Notes under the pieces: model-generated
Told to the model about the DNA's origin: nothing
Database searches by the model: none
Seen by the model: only the letters and a program-made list of their open reading frames with translations
Position numbers and translations under genes: made by a program
Part shown: positions 19,807 through 28,088 of the stretch, one piece after another
Numbering within the stretch: position 1 is the first letter of the stretch
How the letters are laid out: every line of letters begins with the position of its first letter
Source: Poseidonia sp.
Lineage (GTDB): Archaea > Thermoplasmatota > Poseidoniia > Poseidoniales > Poseidoniaceae
Reading direction: 5' to 3'
NCBI GenBank assembly: GCA_965661285.1
Contig: CBFIDD010000004.1
Span: forward strand, 1-64,000
DNA: 64,000 nucleotides

Positions 19807-20124
19807 ATGAACCCAAGTCGTGAAGAAGAAGTGAGGATGCCGCTGGCCATGGCTCAGGGTACACCGTTCCAACAAAAGGTATGGGCGGCCCTCCGAACCA
19901 TTCCTCGCGGCGAGGTACGTACCTACACGGACATCGCCGTCCAAATCGGCCATCCGTCCTCGGCCCGAGCCGTCGCCAACGCCTGCGGCAAGAACCCGTA
20001 CGCACCCGAGGTCCCGTGCCATCGCGTCATCCGCTCGGACGGCTCCATCGGCGGTTACAGTGCAGAAGGTGGCCCAGAAAAGAAGCGGGCCATGTTGGCC
20101 AAAGAAGGCGTCCACATCGACTGA
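19807..20124 (+). CDS. ogt: Methylated-DNA-protein-cysteine methyltransferase (MGMT family), C-terminal domain only
   Basis: GTPFQQKVW, IPRGEVRTY, RAVANA, active-site PCHRV, KRAMLAKEG. Start uncertain. Confidence 0.9.
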   Translation: MNPSREEEVRMPLAMAQGTPFQQKVWAALRTIPRGEVRTYTDIAVQIGHPSSARAVANACGKNPYAPEVPCHRVIRSDGSIGGYSAEGGPEKKRAMLAKEGVHID

Positions 20125-20129
20125 ACGGG

Positions 20130-22799
20130 TCAAAGTGAAGCGATGTCGTCTCGCTGGGTGGAGACCGCGAAATTCTTTTCCGCCTTGGCGTAGACTTTGG
20201 CGTCGAGTTCGCCTTCCCGCACGAGCGAGGACAGGGCCGCCAGCGCAATGGCGGCGCCGTCGATTTCAAAGAAACGGCGGAGCGATTCACGGGTGTCGGA
20301 CCGACCAAAGCCGTCGGTGCCGAGTACGGTGTAGGGGCCGCTGACCCACTGGCGGATCATATCGGGCACGGCCGCCATGTTGTCAGAGACGGCAACAGTG
20401 GGCAGTGGTTCAGCGAAGAGCGTTTCCACGTAGGGTTTCTGCAGGTCTTCAGTAGGATGGAGACGGTTGTGGCGGTCGCACGCCAGGCCCTCGCGGCGCA
20501 GCTCACCGTAGGACGTGGCGGAATAGATTTCACAACGCACACCGTAGGTTTCGAGTTTCTCTACCGCATCCAAAACCTGGACCATGATGGGGCCCGAGCC
20601 AATGAGCCGAACAACCGGACCCTCGCCTTTTGGTGCACCTCGAAGCAGGTACATGCCCTTGATGATGCCCTCGTCGACACCTTTAGGCTTGGGCGGCATG
20701 GGGTAGTTTTCGTTGTAGATGGCGATGTAGTGGAGCACGTCTTGGTTGTCAACGTACATCTCTTCGATGCCGTGGCGAATGATGGTGGCCAGTTCGTAAG
20801 CAAAGGCTGGGTCCCATGCACGCACAGCCGGGTTGGTGTGTGCCATCAACAACGAGTGCCCGTCTTGGTGCTGAAGTCCCTCACCGTTGAGGGTGGTTCG
20901 TCCGGACGTCGCGCCCATCAGGAAACCACGGGCTCGCTGGTCGGCGGCTGACCAAATGAGGTCAGCCACGCGCTGGAAACCGAACATGGAGTAGAACGTG
21001 TAGAAGGGCACGGTTGGATAGAGGTGGGTGGAATAGGACGTGGCGGAGGCAATGAAGGTCGACGTTGCGCCGGCTTCGTTGATGCCTTCTTCAAACAACT
21101 GACCTTTGGCAGATTCCTTGTACTTCATCAGCACCTTGTGGTCAACGGGTTTGTACAATTGGCCTTCGGGATGGTAAATGCCGAACTCTGCAAAGAGCGG
21201 GTCCATACCGAAGGTGCGGGCTTCGTCGGGAATGATGGGGACCACGCGCTGACCGAAGGCCTTGTCCTTCATGAGGGCGCGAAGCACACGAACGAAGGCC
21301 ATGGTGGTCGAGACCTCCATGGTGCCTTTGGTGCCCTCATCGAATTCGGCGTAGGCCTTGGCTTCGGGCAGAGCGATCGCTTCTTCGGGCACCACGCGCT
21401 TTGGCATCGGGCCACCCAAGGCCCCTCGCCGTTCCTTGGCGTAAGCCACAAGGTCAGGAACATCCTCAGGCATGACATAAGGATAGGATTCGAGGTCCTT
21501 ATCGGTGAACGGGAGGTCGAGGTCGGTGCGCATGAACTGCATCGTTTCCATGTCGGCTTTCTTCTTCTGGTGCGTGGTGTTGCGACCGGCAAAGGCAGGG
21601 CCGAGGCCGTAACCCTTGATGGTGCGAATCAGCACGGCGGTCGGCTGGCCTTTGTGCGCTGTGGCTTGTGCATAAGCGGCGTGGAGTTTGGTGAAGTCGT
21701 GGCCACCAACATCGGCGCACAGCGCTTCAAGTTCTTCATCGGACAGATGAGCGATGAGCGCCGCCAGCCCGTCGGAATTGAACAGTTCCTTGCGGATGGT
21801 GGCGCCGTCGGCGGTCATGATGCGCTGCTCGTCGCCGTCGACCAAGCCGTTGAGGCGAGCAGCCAGCAAGCCTTGCGAATCACGAGCGAAGAGATCGTCC
21901 CATGAACTGCCCCAGAGCACCTTGATGACGTTCCATCCGGCTCCACGGAATCGACCTTCCAATTCCTGGACGATTTTGGAATTGCCACGAACGGGGCCGT
22001 CGAGGCGTTGCAGGTTGCAGTTCATCGTCATCACGATGTTGTCAAGGCCCTCACGACCGGCGAGGGAGAGTTGCGAGAGGGATTCGGGTTCGTCGGATTC
22101 ACCGTCGCCCATGGTGTACCAGACACGAGATGCGGCGGTGGTGGTCAAACCGCGGTCTTCCAAATAGCGGTTAAACCGGGCTTGGTGAATGGCGGTCATG
22201 GCACCGAGACCCATGCTGACGGTGGGGAATTCCCAGAAGTCCGGCATCAAGCGGGGGTGCGGGTAGCTGGAGAGGCCCTGTCCGCCGACCTCTTGTCGGA
22301 ACTTTTCGACATGTTCGTGAGTCAAGCGACCTTCAAGCCAGGCACGAGCATAGATGCCCGGGGAAGCGTGGCCTTGCCAGTAAAGGTGGTCGCCTGAACC
22401 GTCGCCATCTTTGCCGCGGAAGAAGTGGTTGAACCCCATTTCCCAAGCGTGAGAGGCGGAGGCGTACGTGGAGATGTGCCCGCCAATGCCTTCGAAGTAT
22501 TTGTTGGCCCGAGTGACCATCATCATCGCATTCCAGCGGATGATGCCGAGAAGACGCTCCTCCATGGCCAAATCACCGGGATAAGCGCCTTGGTCGTCCG
22601 GATGGATGGTATTGAGGTACGGTGTTTCCACCACTTCGATATCGACGCCAGCATCCTTGGCGGCGTCCACGGTTGCATGGAGAAGACGGCGGGCTTCTTC
22701 CTCGCCCCACTGCTCAGCAACGGCACGAATGGAGTCGCGCCACTCTTGCGTGGTAACAGGGTCGGGGTCAGGTTGCGTTGACCGTCGAGCGAACCCCAT
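20130..22799 (-). CDS. aceE: Pyruvate dehydrogenase E1, homodimeric type
   Basis: GGHIST, QGHASPG, FPTVSMGLG, GDGE...N ThDP motif, LQRLDGPVRGN, GRTTLNGEGLQHQDG, LGTDGFGRSDTR. Confidence 0.96.
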   Translation of the reverse strand: MGFARRSTQPDPDPVTTQEWRDSIRAVAEQWGEEEARRLLHATVDAAKDAGVDIEVVETPYLNTIHPDDQGAYPGDLAMEERLLGIIRWNAMMMVTRANKYFEGIGGHISTYASASHAWEMGFNHFFRGKDGDGSGDHLYWQGHASPGIYARAWLEGRLTHEHVEKFRQEVGGQGLSSYPHPRLMPDFWEFPTVSMGLGAMTAIHQARFNRYLEDRGLTTTAASRVWYTMGDGESDEPESLSQLSLAGREGLDNIVMTMNCNLQRLDGPVRGNSKIVQELEGRFRGAGWNVIKVLWGSSWDDLFARDSQGLLAARLNGLVDGDEQRIMTADGATIRKELFNSDGLAALIAHLSDEELEALCADVGGHDFTKLHAAYAQATAHKGQPTAVLIRTIKGYGLGPAFAGRNTTHQKKKADMETMQFMRTDLDLPFTDKDLESYPYVMPEDVPDLVAYAKERRGALGGPMPKRVVPEEAIALPEAKAYAEFDEGTKGTMEVSTTMAFVRVLRALMKDKAFGQRVVPIIPDEARTFGMDPLFAEFGIYHPEGQLYKPVDHKVLMKYKESAKGQLFEEGINEAGATSTFIASATSYSTHLYPTVPFYTFYSMFGFQRVADLIWSAADQRARGFLMGATSGRTTLNGEGLQHQDGHSLLMAHTNPAVRAWDPAFAYELATIIRHGIEEMYVDNQDVLHYIAIYNENYPMPPKPKGVDEGIIKGMYLLRGAPKGEGPVVRLIGSGPIMVQVLDAVEKLETYGVRCEIYSATSYGELRREGLACDRHNRLHPTEDLQKPYVETLFAEPLPTVAVSDNMAAVPDMIRQWVSGPYTVLGTDGFGRSDTRESLRRFFEIDGAAIALAALSSLVREGELDAKVYAKAEKNFAVSTQRDDIASL

Positions 22800-22972
22800 G
22801 ATGTGCCCCCGTTGGTGATGGGTCTATGGTGAGGGTTTTCAATCCCTCGCTAAGGAAGGTCATGATCAACATCGCTGATGCGTGTTCGGGAGCGGCGTAG
22901 CCGCCCTCCGCATCGTTCTGTTCATCGAATTATTGAGCAAGCAATAAGAACCGACTTTCCGAGCCGAGGGAC

Positions 22973-23152
22973 ATGTCCGTTGAGGCTATGGTACAGAAGA
23001 TGATTGATGATTTGACCGCCGCTCTTGTCGATGCTGCAAAGCACGACAAAGGCAACAACGCTGCCGGCACCCGTGTGCGAAAGGCCATGCAGGAAGCAAA
23101 AGCTGCTGCTCAGGCCGTTCGTGTCCAGGTCCAGGCCGACAAGAACGCTTGA
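22973..23152 (+). CDS. Small Hc1/histone H1-like protein (59 aa)
   Basis: Manually translated: MSVEAMVQKMIDDLTAALVDAAKHDKGNNAAGTRVRKAMQEAKAAAQAVRVQVQADKNA. KGN.AAGTR.RK matches the Hc1 family core; GAGG SD upstream. Below the 60-aa cutoff of the ORF track. Confidence 0.82.
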   Translation: MSVEAMVQKMIDDLTAALVDAAKHDKGNNAAGTRVRKAMQEAKAAAQAVRVQVQADKNA

Positions 23153-23228
23153 AATCAAGCAACGTTGTTCAAACGCCTTCGTCCGTTCGGACGCATAGGT
23201 TGAATTGATTCGCAGATAAGCGCACCCT

Positions 23229-24275
23229 ATGCAACCGCTGTCTGGCGTTCGCGTGCTTGATCTTTCTCGAATACTTGCAGGGCCGCATGCGGCACAATCC
23301 TTGGGGGACCTTGGAGCAGAAGTGCACAAGCTCGAAGCCCCGTGGGGTGATGACACGCGTTCGTGGGGTCCACCGTTCCAGTCGGGATTTGATGGGGAAG
23401 AGGTGGCGTCCTACTTCTTGTCGTGCAACCGAGGCAAGCGCATTGAGCCGGTCAACATCAAGAAAGAGCAAGAACGCATTCGTACCCTCGTTGCGGATGC
23501 CGATGTCGTGATTGAGAACTTCAAACCGGGAACGTTTGACGCCATCGTTGGCGATGTTCCCGAAGACACCATCGTGTGCAGCATTTCAGGATACGGCCAA
23601 CACGGACCTCGCCGGGACGAAGTGGCGTTCGACCTGACGATGCAAGCCCGCAGCGGCATCATGTCCATCACCGGAGACGCTGAAGGCGGCCCGGCCAAGG
23701 TCGGTGTTGCGTGGATCGACGTCATGACCGGCATGAACGCCGTTACCTCCATTCTCGCCGCCCTCTACCACAGAGAGAAGACCGGAAAAGGTGCCCGAAT
23801 CGACATCTCCTTGTGGGACACGGCGCTGGCGTCGCTGGTCAATCAAGGGCATAACGCCCTCGCCGGCATCACGCCCAAACGAATGGGCAGCGCTCACCCA
23901 AATTTGGTCCCCTACAAGGCCTTTGAAGCCAAGGATGGATGGTTTGCCATCGGTGTGGGCACCGAAAACCAATGGCACAAACTTGTGGCGGCATTGGAAC
24001 TGGATGTGCCCGACCACTGGAAGGACAACAGCGCCCGTATCGCCGAGCGAGAAGCGGTGGAACATGCCGTGCAGCAGGCGGTCGCCAAGCAGGACCGAGA
24101 AACACTTGAGCATCGCTTGACGGGTATTCCGTGCGCACCGGTGAACACCGTGAACGAGGCGTTGGCCGACCCGCAGACCGAGGCCCGTGGTGGATTGGTC
24201 GAGCACAGTGGCGTGATGACGCTTGCCAGTCCGCTCCGTTTCATTCAACCGTCAAAGGAAAACAGCGAGGTCTGA
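23229..24275 (+). CDS. CoA-transferase family III (CaiB/BaiF)
   Basis: PLSGVRVLDLSRILAGP, LGAEV, NRGK, ADVVIENFKPG, SISGYG, catalytic D in WIDVMTG. Confidence 0.93.
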   Translation: MQPLSGVRVLDLSRILAGPHAAQSLGDLGAEVHKLEAPWGDDTRSWGPPFQSGFDGEEVASYFLSCNRGKRIEPVNIKKEQERIRTLVADADVVIENFKPGTFDAIVGDVPEDTIVCSISGYGQHGPRRDEVAFDLTMQARSGIMSITGDAEGGPAKVGVAWIDVMTGMNAVTSILAALYHREKTGKGARIDISLWDTALASLVNQGHNALAGITPKRMGSAHPNLVPYKAFEAKDGWFAIGVGTENQWHKLVAALELDVPDHWKDNSARIAEREAVEHAVQQAVAKQDRETLEHRLTGIPCAPVNTVNEALADPQTEARGGLVEHSGVMTLASPLRFIQPSKENSEV

Positions 24276-25279
24276 CCGCCCTCTCGAAGGTAGCCGCCTT
24301 CCTTGAGCTTCTCGAACGCCTGGTCCATACGACGCTGACTGAACTGGCGTTCGGTTTGGAGAAATTGAACAAGACCGCTGCGGTCCACCTGCCCCTGCTT
24401 CAGGTCAGCCTCCTCAACGTCCACTGCGGGATGGTTGAGGAAGATTTCACGGATTTCGGCCAGCCGCTCGGGGACGTCCTTTTCCTTGGCTTCACAGACC
24501 GCTTCAAGCGTGCCGTGCTTCTTGATGAGTTTCAGACCTGTCTTCGGCCCGATGCCCTTGATGCCCGGATGGTAGTCGGTGCCGATCATGATGGCGAGGT
24601 CGACCAGTTGTTCTCGGCTCAACTCATTGGTCTGAAGCATCTCGCTGAGGTCAATGGACTGTGCATGAACCACGCGCCCGTAGCGCTTGGTGCCGTCGTC
24701 CATCAAATTGCGAACAAGGACGGGCGAGCCGTACAGGAGGGCATCCCAGTCTTGGGTGGCGACGACGTCAAGCTGGCCTTTCGCAGCCATCACGGCGGCT
24801 TGGGCTTCCCCTTCAGCGGCAGCGGTGACCCACGGGACCCCGAGCAGGTCGAGCAGGCGCTGGGTCTCTTCGACCATTTGCGGCGAGTAGTGCATGATGC
24901 GTGCTGCCATCTTTTGAGCAAGGGCAAAATCGCCGGCGGCCAGGGCTTCTTTGTGAACGGTTTCCGCCTCTTCCCGGCGTGCTCGGCGGGCGGCCATTTC
25001 GTCGGCCTTCAATTCCGGAGATGTCCCGTCAAAGATGTACACCGGCTTGATACCCATGCTGAGCAGGGTGGCCGTACGGTGAAGAAAACCCATGAGGTGA
25101 GAAACAGGGTTGCCGTTGGCATCTCGAAGCGGCATGCCGTCGCCTTGAGGCGAACGGTCGCGCATGGTGGTTAGAAACTGAAACGCTGTCAGGAAGGCAT
25201 CGATGCCCACGCGCTTGCCAGCAAGCGCCTTCAAACTCGTTTGTTGGGCGGGGGCGATGTCCTTGAGATTACAGCCCAT
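24245..25279 (-). CDS. fen: Flap endonuclease 1
   Basis: IDAF..QFL, SHLMG, FDG, EGEAQAA, QDWDALLYG, GTDY..GIKGIGPK, C-terminal PIP box QTSLFSF. Confidence 0.96.
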   Translation of the reverse strand: MGCNLKDIAPAQQTSLKALAGKRVGIDAFLTAFQFLTTMRDRSPQGDGMPLRDANGNPVSHLMGFLHRTATLLSMGIKPVYIFDGTSPELKADEMAARRARREEAETVHKEALAAGDFALAQKMAARIMHYSPQMVEETQRLLDLLGVPWVTAAAEGEAQAAVMAAKGQLDVVATQDWDALLYGSPVLVRNLMDDGTKRYGRVVHAQSIDLSEMLQTNELSREQLVDLAIMIGTDYHPGIKGIGPKTGLKLIKKHGTLEAVCEAKEKDVPERLAEIREIFLNHPAVDVEEADLKQGQVDRSGLVQFLQTERQFSQRRMDQAFEKLKEGGYLREGGQTSLFSFDG

Positions 25280-25354
25280 GTTCTCAACTGAAGGTCACCG
25301 TATGTAGCCATTCGCCTGCGATTCCATCAAGAAGGCAAAGCGATAGGACACGGC

Positions 25355-26503
25355 ATGGGGGACATGCTGGCCTGTTTACGCGGTTGGCATGCGGGGCTTG
25401 CCCGTGCGGAATTGGCAGCGCTGCTCCCCGATGCAACGCTGACGTCAGGCCCAACGCCACGCTGGGTTCATGTTTCGGGTGCGACCCAGCGTCGTCGCCT
25501 TGAAGCCTTGAACATCGCCAGTGGACTCCAGTGTTTCTTGATGGACGCCCATATCACCGGTGTTGAGGAAACCACGCAAGAGCAGTGGTTGGACGCCTTG
25601 CAGCACCACCTCGCTCAGCACACGGTGGAAGGCACCGTGGCCGTGCGAGCGTGGAAGCAAGGAAGCAAATTACCAGGATGGAGTTTGTCAGCGCTCTCGG
25701 GCCAACTTGGAGGCTTGCTTCACGACAAAGGGTGCGAAATTGACCTTGAACACCCTGACCATGTGCTTGCCCTCATTTCAGACGCTGAATCCTCGTCGTT
25801 GGCCTGTGGCTGGATGGAGGGCGACGGCCAAGCAGCGTTCTCCAACGGTGAGCGGCGAGCCGGTGAGCGCCCCTACTTCAAGCCGGTCAGCCTCGACCCG
25901 ATGTTGGCCCGTCTTGCGGTCAATCTCGCAGCGGGTCCGATTGAACGGGGGCCCGTGGTCGACCCGATGACAGGCACGGGAGGCTTCCTCATCGAGGCAG
26001 CGCTCAGTGGGCGCAACGCCATCGGCATTGACATCCACTCCGAAATGGTACAGGGCGCACTAGCCAACTTGCAGTGGGCGCACGACGGCGCGTCCCCGTC
26101 CCACGCTCGCGTGGTTCGCGGCGATGCTACACGGCTGACCGACGCCCTGCCAAACGACTGGCACGGTGCGGTCTCCGGGGTCGTGCTCGACCCACCATAC
26201 GGACGAAATTCTCACGGCAGCATGGCGGCAGACCGTCTGCTTGAATCGTGCCTTCGGAGTGCTCGAGAGGTCGCTCACCCCCAAGGAGGCTTTGTGCTCA
26301 TCCTTCCGATTCATCCACCAACCGTGCACACCACGGCAGCGTTCCCGCTCGACCATAAGTTCAACTTGCTCAACGGCTCGTGGAGCGACCTCTTGGACAC
26401 CGTCGAGCGATGTGGGTGGCAAGCGCAGTCCGCACACGTGGAACGGGTGCATCGCAGCCTCAGTCGGCTGATCCTTCACGCACGATGCGCTCCTCAAGAT
26501 TGA
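25355..26503 (+). CDS. THUMP-domain tRNA methyltransferase, Trm11/TrmG10-like (m2G10)
   Basis: IDLEHPD, RPYFKPVSLDP.LAR.AVNL, DPMTGTGGFLIEA, DPPYG, VHRSLSR. Confidence 0.82.
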   Translation: MGDMLACLRGWHAGLARAELAALLPDATLTSGPTPRWVHVSGATQRRRLEALNIASGLQCFLMDAHITGVEETTQEQWLDALQHHLAQHTVEGTVAVRAWKQGSKLPGWSLSALSGQLGGLLHDKGCEIDLEHPDHVLALISDAESSSLACGWMEGDGQAAFSNGERRAGERPYFKPVSLDPMLARLAVNLAAGPIERGPVVDPMTGTGGFLIEAALSGRNAIGIDIHSEMVQGALANLQWAHDGASPSHARVVRGDATRLTDALPNDWHGAVSGVVLDPPYGRNSHGSMAADRLLESCLRSAREVAHPQGGFVLILPIHPPTVHTTAAFPLDHKFNLLNGSWSDLLDTVERCGWQAQSAHVERVHRSLSRLILHARCAPQD

Positions 26504-26873
26504 GCAGCACCGTATCGATGCCGTCGGGTGGCGGCGGGAATTGCGCACGATACGGGCAGCCTTCGTCCAGGACGGCTTGGTCGCGTTGATTGAGCACATA
26601 CGGATAGGTCTGGCAGCCCTTGGGCCGTATCTCGTAAACAGAGCACAAGCCTTCGGCGTTGGTATCGGCGGAATCGGTCAACAGAAAGACGCAGGCCCGG
26701 GTCTCGGCGTTGTTGAGAAGGGTCAGTGCGCCGTTGTTCACAACGGAAAAATCGCGCTCGGCCATACCCGTGCGCCGTGCCAATCGCGCTGCCTCGGCCT
26801 TGGTGATGGGCATTGTGGTCTCCCTGCAACACGCCGAACAGCCGCTCGGAATACACGGGAGCGAGCGCGCCAT
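26460..26873 (-). CDS. YkgJ family cysteine-cluster protein
   Basis: C...CSACC, CVFL, CSVYEIRPKGCQTYPY. Start re-assigned to MARSLPC because the longer ORF runs through the tRNA. Confidence 0.85.
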   Translation of the reverse strand: MARSLPCIPSGCSACCRETTMPITKAEAARLARRTGMAERDFSVVNNGALTLLNNAETRACVFLLTDSADTNAEGLCSVYEIRPKGCQTYPYVLNQRDQAVLDEGCPYRAQFPPPPDGIDTVLLNLEERIVREGSAD

Positions 26874-26929
26874 GGACGAGCCACGGCATCCGCCTTCTTC
26901 AAGAAGGGGGGGCCTCTCGGGGGGTTGTC

Positions 26930-27006
26930 GGGCGATTAGGGTAGTCTGGATATCCTTCCGGCCTTCGGAGCCGGAGACGGGGGTTCGAATCCTCCATCGC
27001 CCGCCA
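26930..27006 (+). tRNA. tRNA-Arg (anticodon TCG), CCA encoded, no intron
   Basis: Acceptor stem GGGCGAT/ATCGCCC, D-arm GGGT..TCCT, anticodon arm CCGGC-CTTCGGA-GCCGG, T-arm GGGGG-TTCGAAT-CCTCC, then G-CCA. Confidence 0.96.
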
Positions 27007-27075
27007 CAGTTAACAACAAACATGCATGCGTTCGCATGTCGAAAACTTGGGGTCCCACGGACATCCCAACGGGCG

Positions 27076-27091
27076 TTTATTATCTGCCGAT
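27076..27091 (+). promoter_or_regulatory. TATA box plus downstream motif TTTATTA-TC-TGCCGAT
   Basis: AT-rich box 39 bp upstream of the 27115 ATG; 14 of 16 positions match the fumC promoter. Confidence 0.5.
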
Positions 27092-27114
27092 GCCTACTAT
27101 AACATGAGAAACCC

Positions 27115-27366
27115 ATGAGAGGAAAAGGATCCCAGAAGAAAGCTCGATTGGAGCGATTGAAGAATGAAATTGTTGACTATGTGGCTCAGACACCTGGGGC
27201 TTCAGCTGCCGATATCGTAGCGTTTCTGTCAAACGAGCGCAAAATGCGCAATCACGGCTTGACCACACGAAAAGTTGGGCTTTTCATTCCGCTTCACCTG
27301 GCTGACCTGATCAACTTCAGACTCGACTCGTCCACCGGAAAGCGAATTTACCATCTCGCCTCCTGA
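27115..27366 (+). CDS. Small basic winged-HTH-like protein
   Basis: IVDYV...PGASAADIV..L helix-turn-helix pattern and a C-terminal beta wing (GKRIYHL). Confidence 0.7.
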   Translation: MRGKGSQKKARLERLKNEIVDYVAQTPGASAADIVAFLSNERKMRNHGLTTRKVGLFIPLHLADLINFRLDSSTGKRIYHLAS

Positions 27367-27407
27367 GCCATCACCACATTGATGCCCCAAGGCCGCTTGG
27401 CTGGGGC

Positions 27408-28085
27408 ATGGACTGGGGCGAGCTCGCCGATGCCCGCGTGTTGTTTCCCTCGTTTTCGGGCAACGAAGACGGGGCGACCCCTTCCTTCCCGACCGACGCA
27501 CCTGTTTGGACCGTGCTCGACCCGAACCACCCCTCAAGCTTGAGATCCCAAATGGGTGACCTCAAGGGCGAAATCGCCTGTGAGAACCCTGGGTTCTTCG
27601 TTCGTGGTGACCGTATCATCGTCGACGCCACGGCCACCATAGAAGCCGGTGCGTACCTCATCGGGCCGTGCTACATCGGACCCAGGGCAACGGTGCGCAG
27701 CGGCGCCTACGTCCGCGAATATTCCTGGATTTGCGCCGACGCTGTGGTCGGCCATGCGACCGAAACCAAGCACGCTGTTTTGCTGCCGGGTGCGAAAGCC
27801 CCCCACTTCAATTACGTCGGCGACTCAATACTTGGAAAAGGCGCAAATCTTGGTGCAGGAACCAAGCTCAGCAACCTGCGAAACGACGGTGGCGAGGTCC
27901 ATCTCCGACGTGGAGAGGAACGCATCCCCAGCGGGCTTCGCAAATTTGGCGCTGTGCTGGGCGAGGGCGTGGCGACCGGATGCAACAGTGTCACCAACCC
28001 CGGCGTGGTGCTTGGATGCGACAGCGTGGTGTGGCCCAATGTTACGGTCACTGGCGTGCACGAAGCGAACAGTCTCCATCGATGA
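27408..28085 (+). CDS. Hexapeptide-repeat acetyltransferase (archaeal GlmU C-terminal-domain-like)
   Basis: GPCYIG, HFNYVGDSILG, NLGAGT..SNLR.D, KFGAVLG, NSVTNPG. No nucleotidyltransferase domain. Confidence 0.85.
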   Translation: MDWGELADARVLFPSFSGNEDGATPSFPTDAPVWTVLDPNHPSSLRSQMGDLKGEIACENPGFFVRGDRIIVDATATIEAGAYLIGPCYIGPRATVRSGAYVREYSWICADAVVGHATETKHAVLLPGAKAPHFNYVGDSILGKGANLGAGTKLSNLRNDGGEVHLRRGEERIPSGLRKFGAVLGEGVATGCNSVTNPGVVLGCDSVVWPNVTVTGVHEANSLHR

Positions 28086-28088
28086 GGG

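Noticed and set aside
19715-20005. N-terminal extension of the 1309-aa ORF
   Set aside because: It overlaps ogt on the opposite strand, and the signal peptide/lipobox begins at 19714.
22830-22915. Nested hairpins between aceE and the Hc1-like gene as a possible ncRNA
   Set aside because: The stems are short and GC-rich with no recognisable family motif (no C/D boxes, SRP or RNase P features). Not supportable without covariation data.
24245-24275. 3' overlaps of convergent genes (also 26460-26503, 35267-35298, 59114-59151)
   Set aside because: A common result of genome compaction; nothing suggests a specific function.
26930-27070. tRNA-Arg as a possible integration site; small hairpins just downstream
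   Set aside because: I saw no duplicated tRNA 3' end, no integrase and no composition shift. The hairpins are adequately explained as terminator or processing signals.
26874-27116. N-terminal extension of the YkgJ ORF
   Set aside because: It runs antisense through the tRNA; the true start is more likely 26873.
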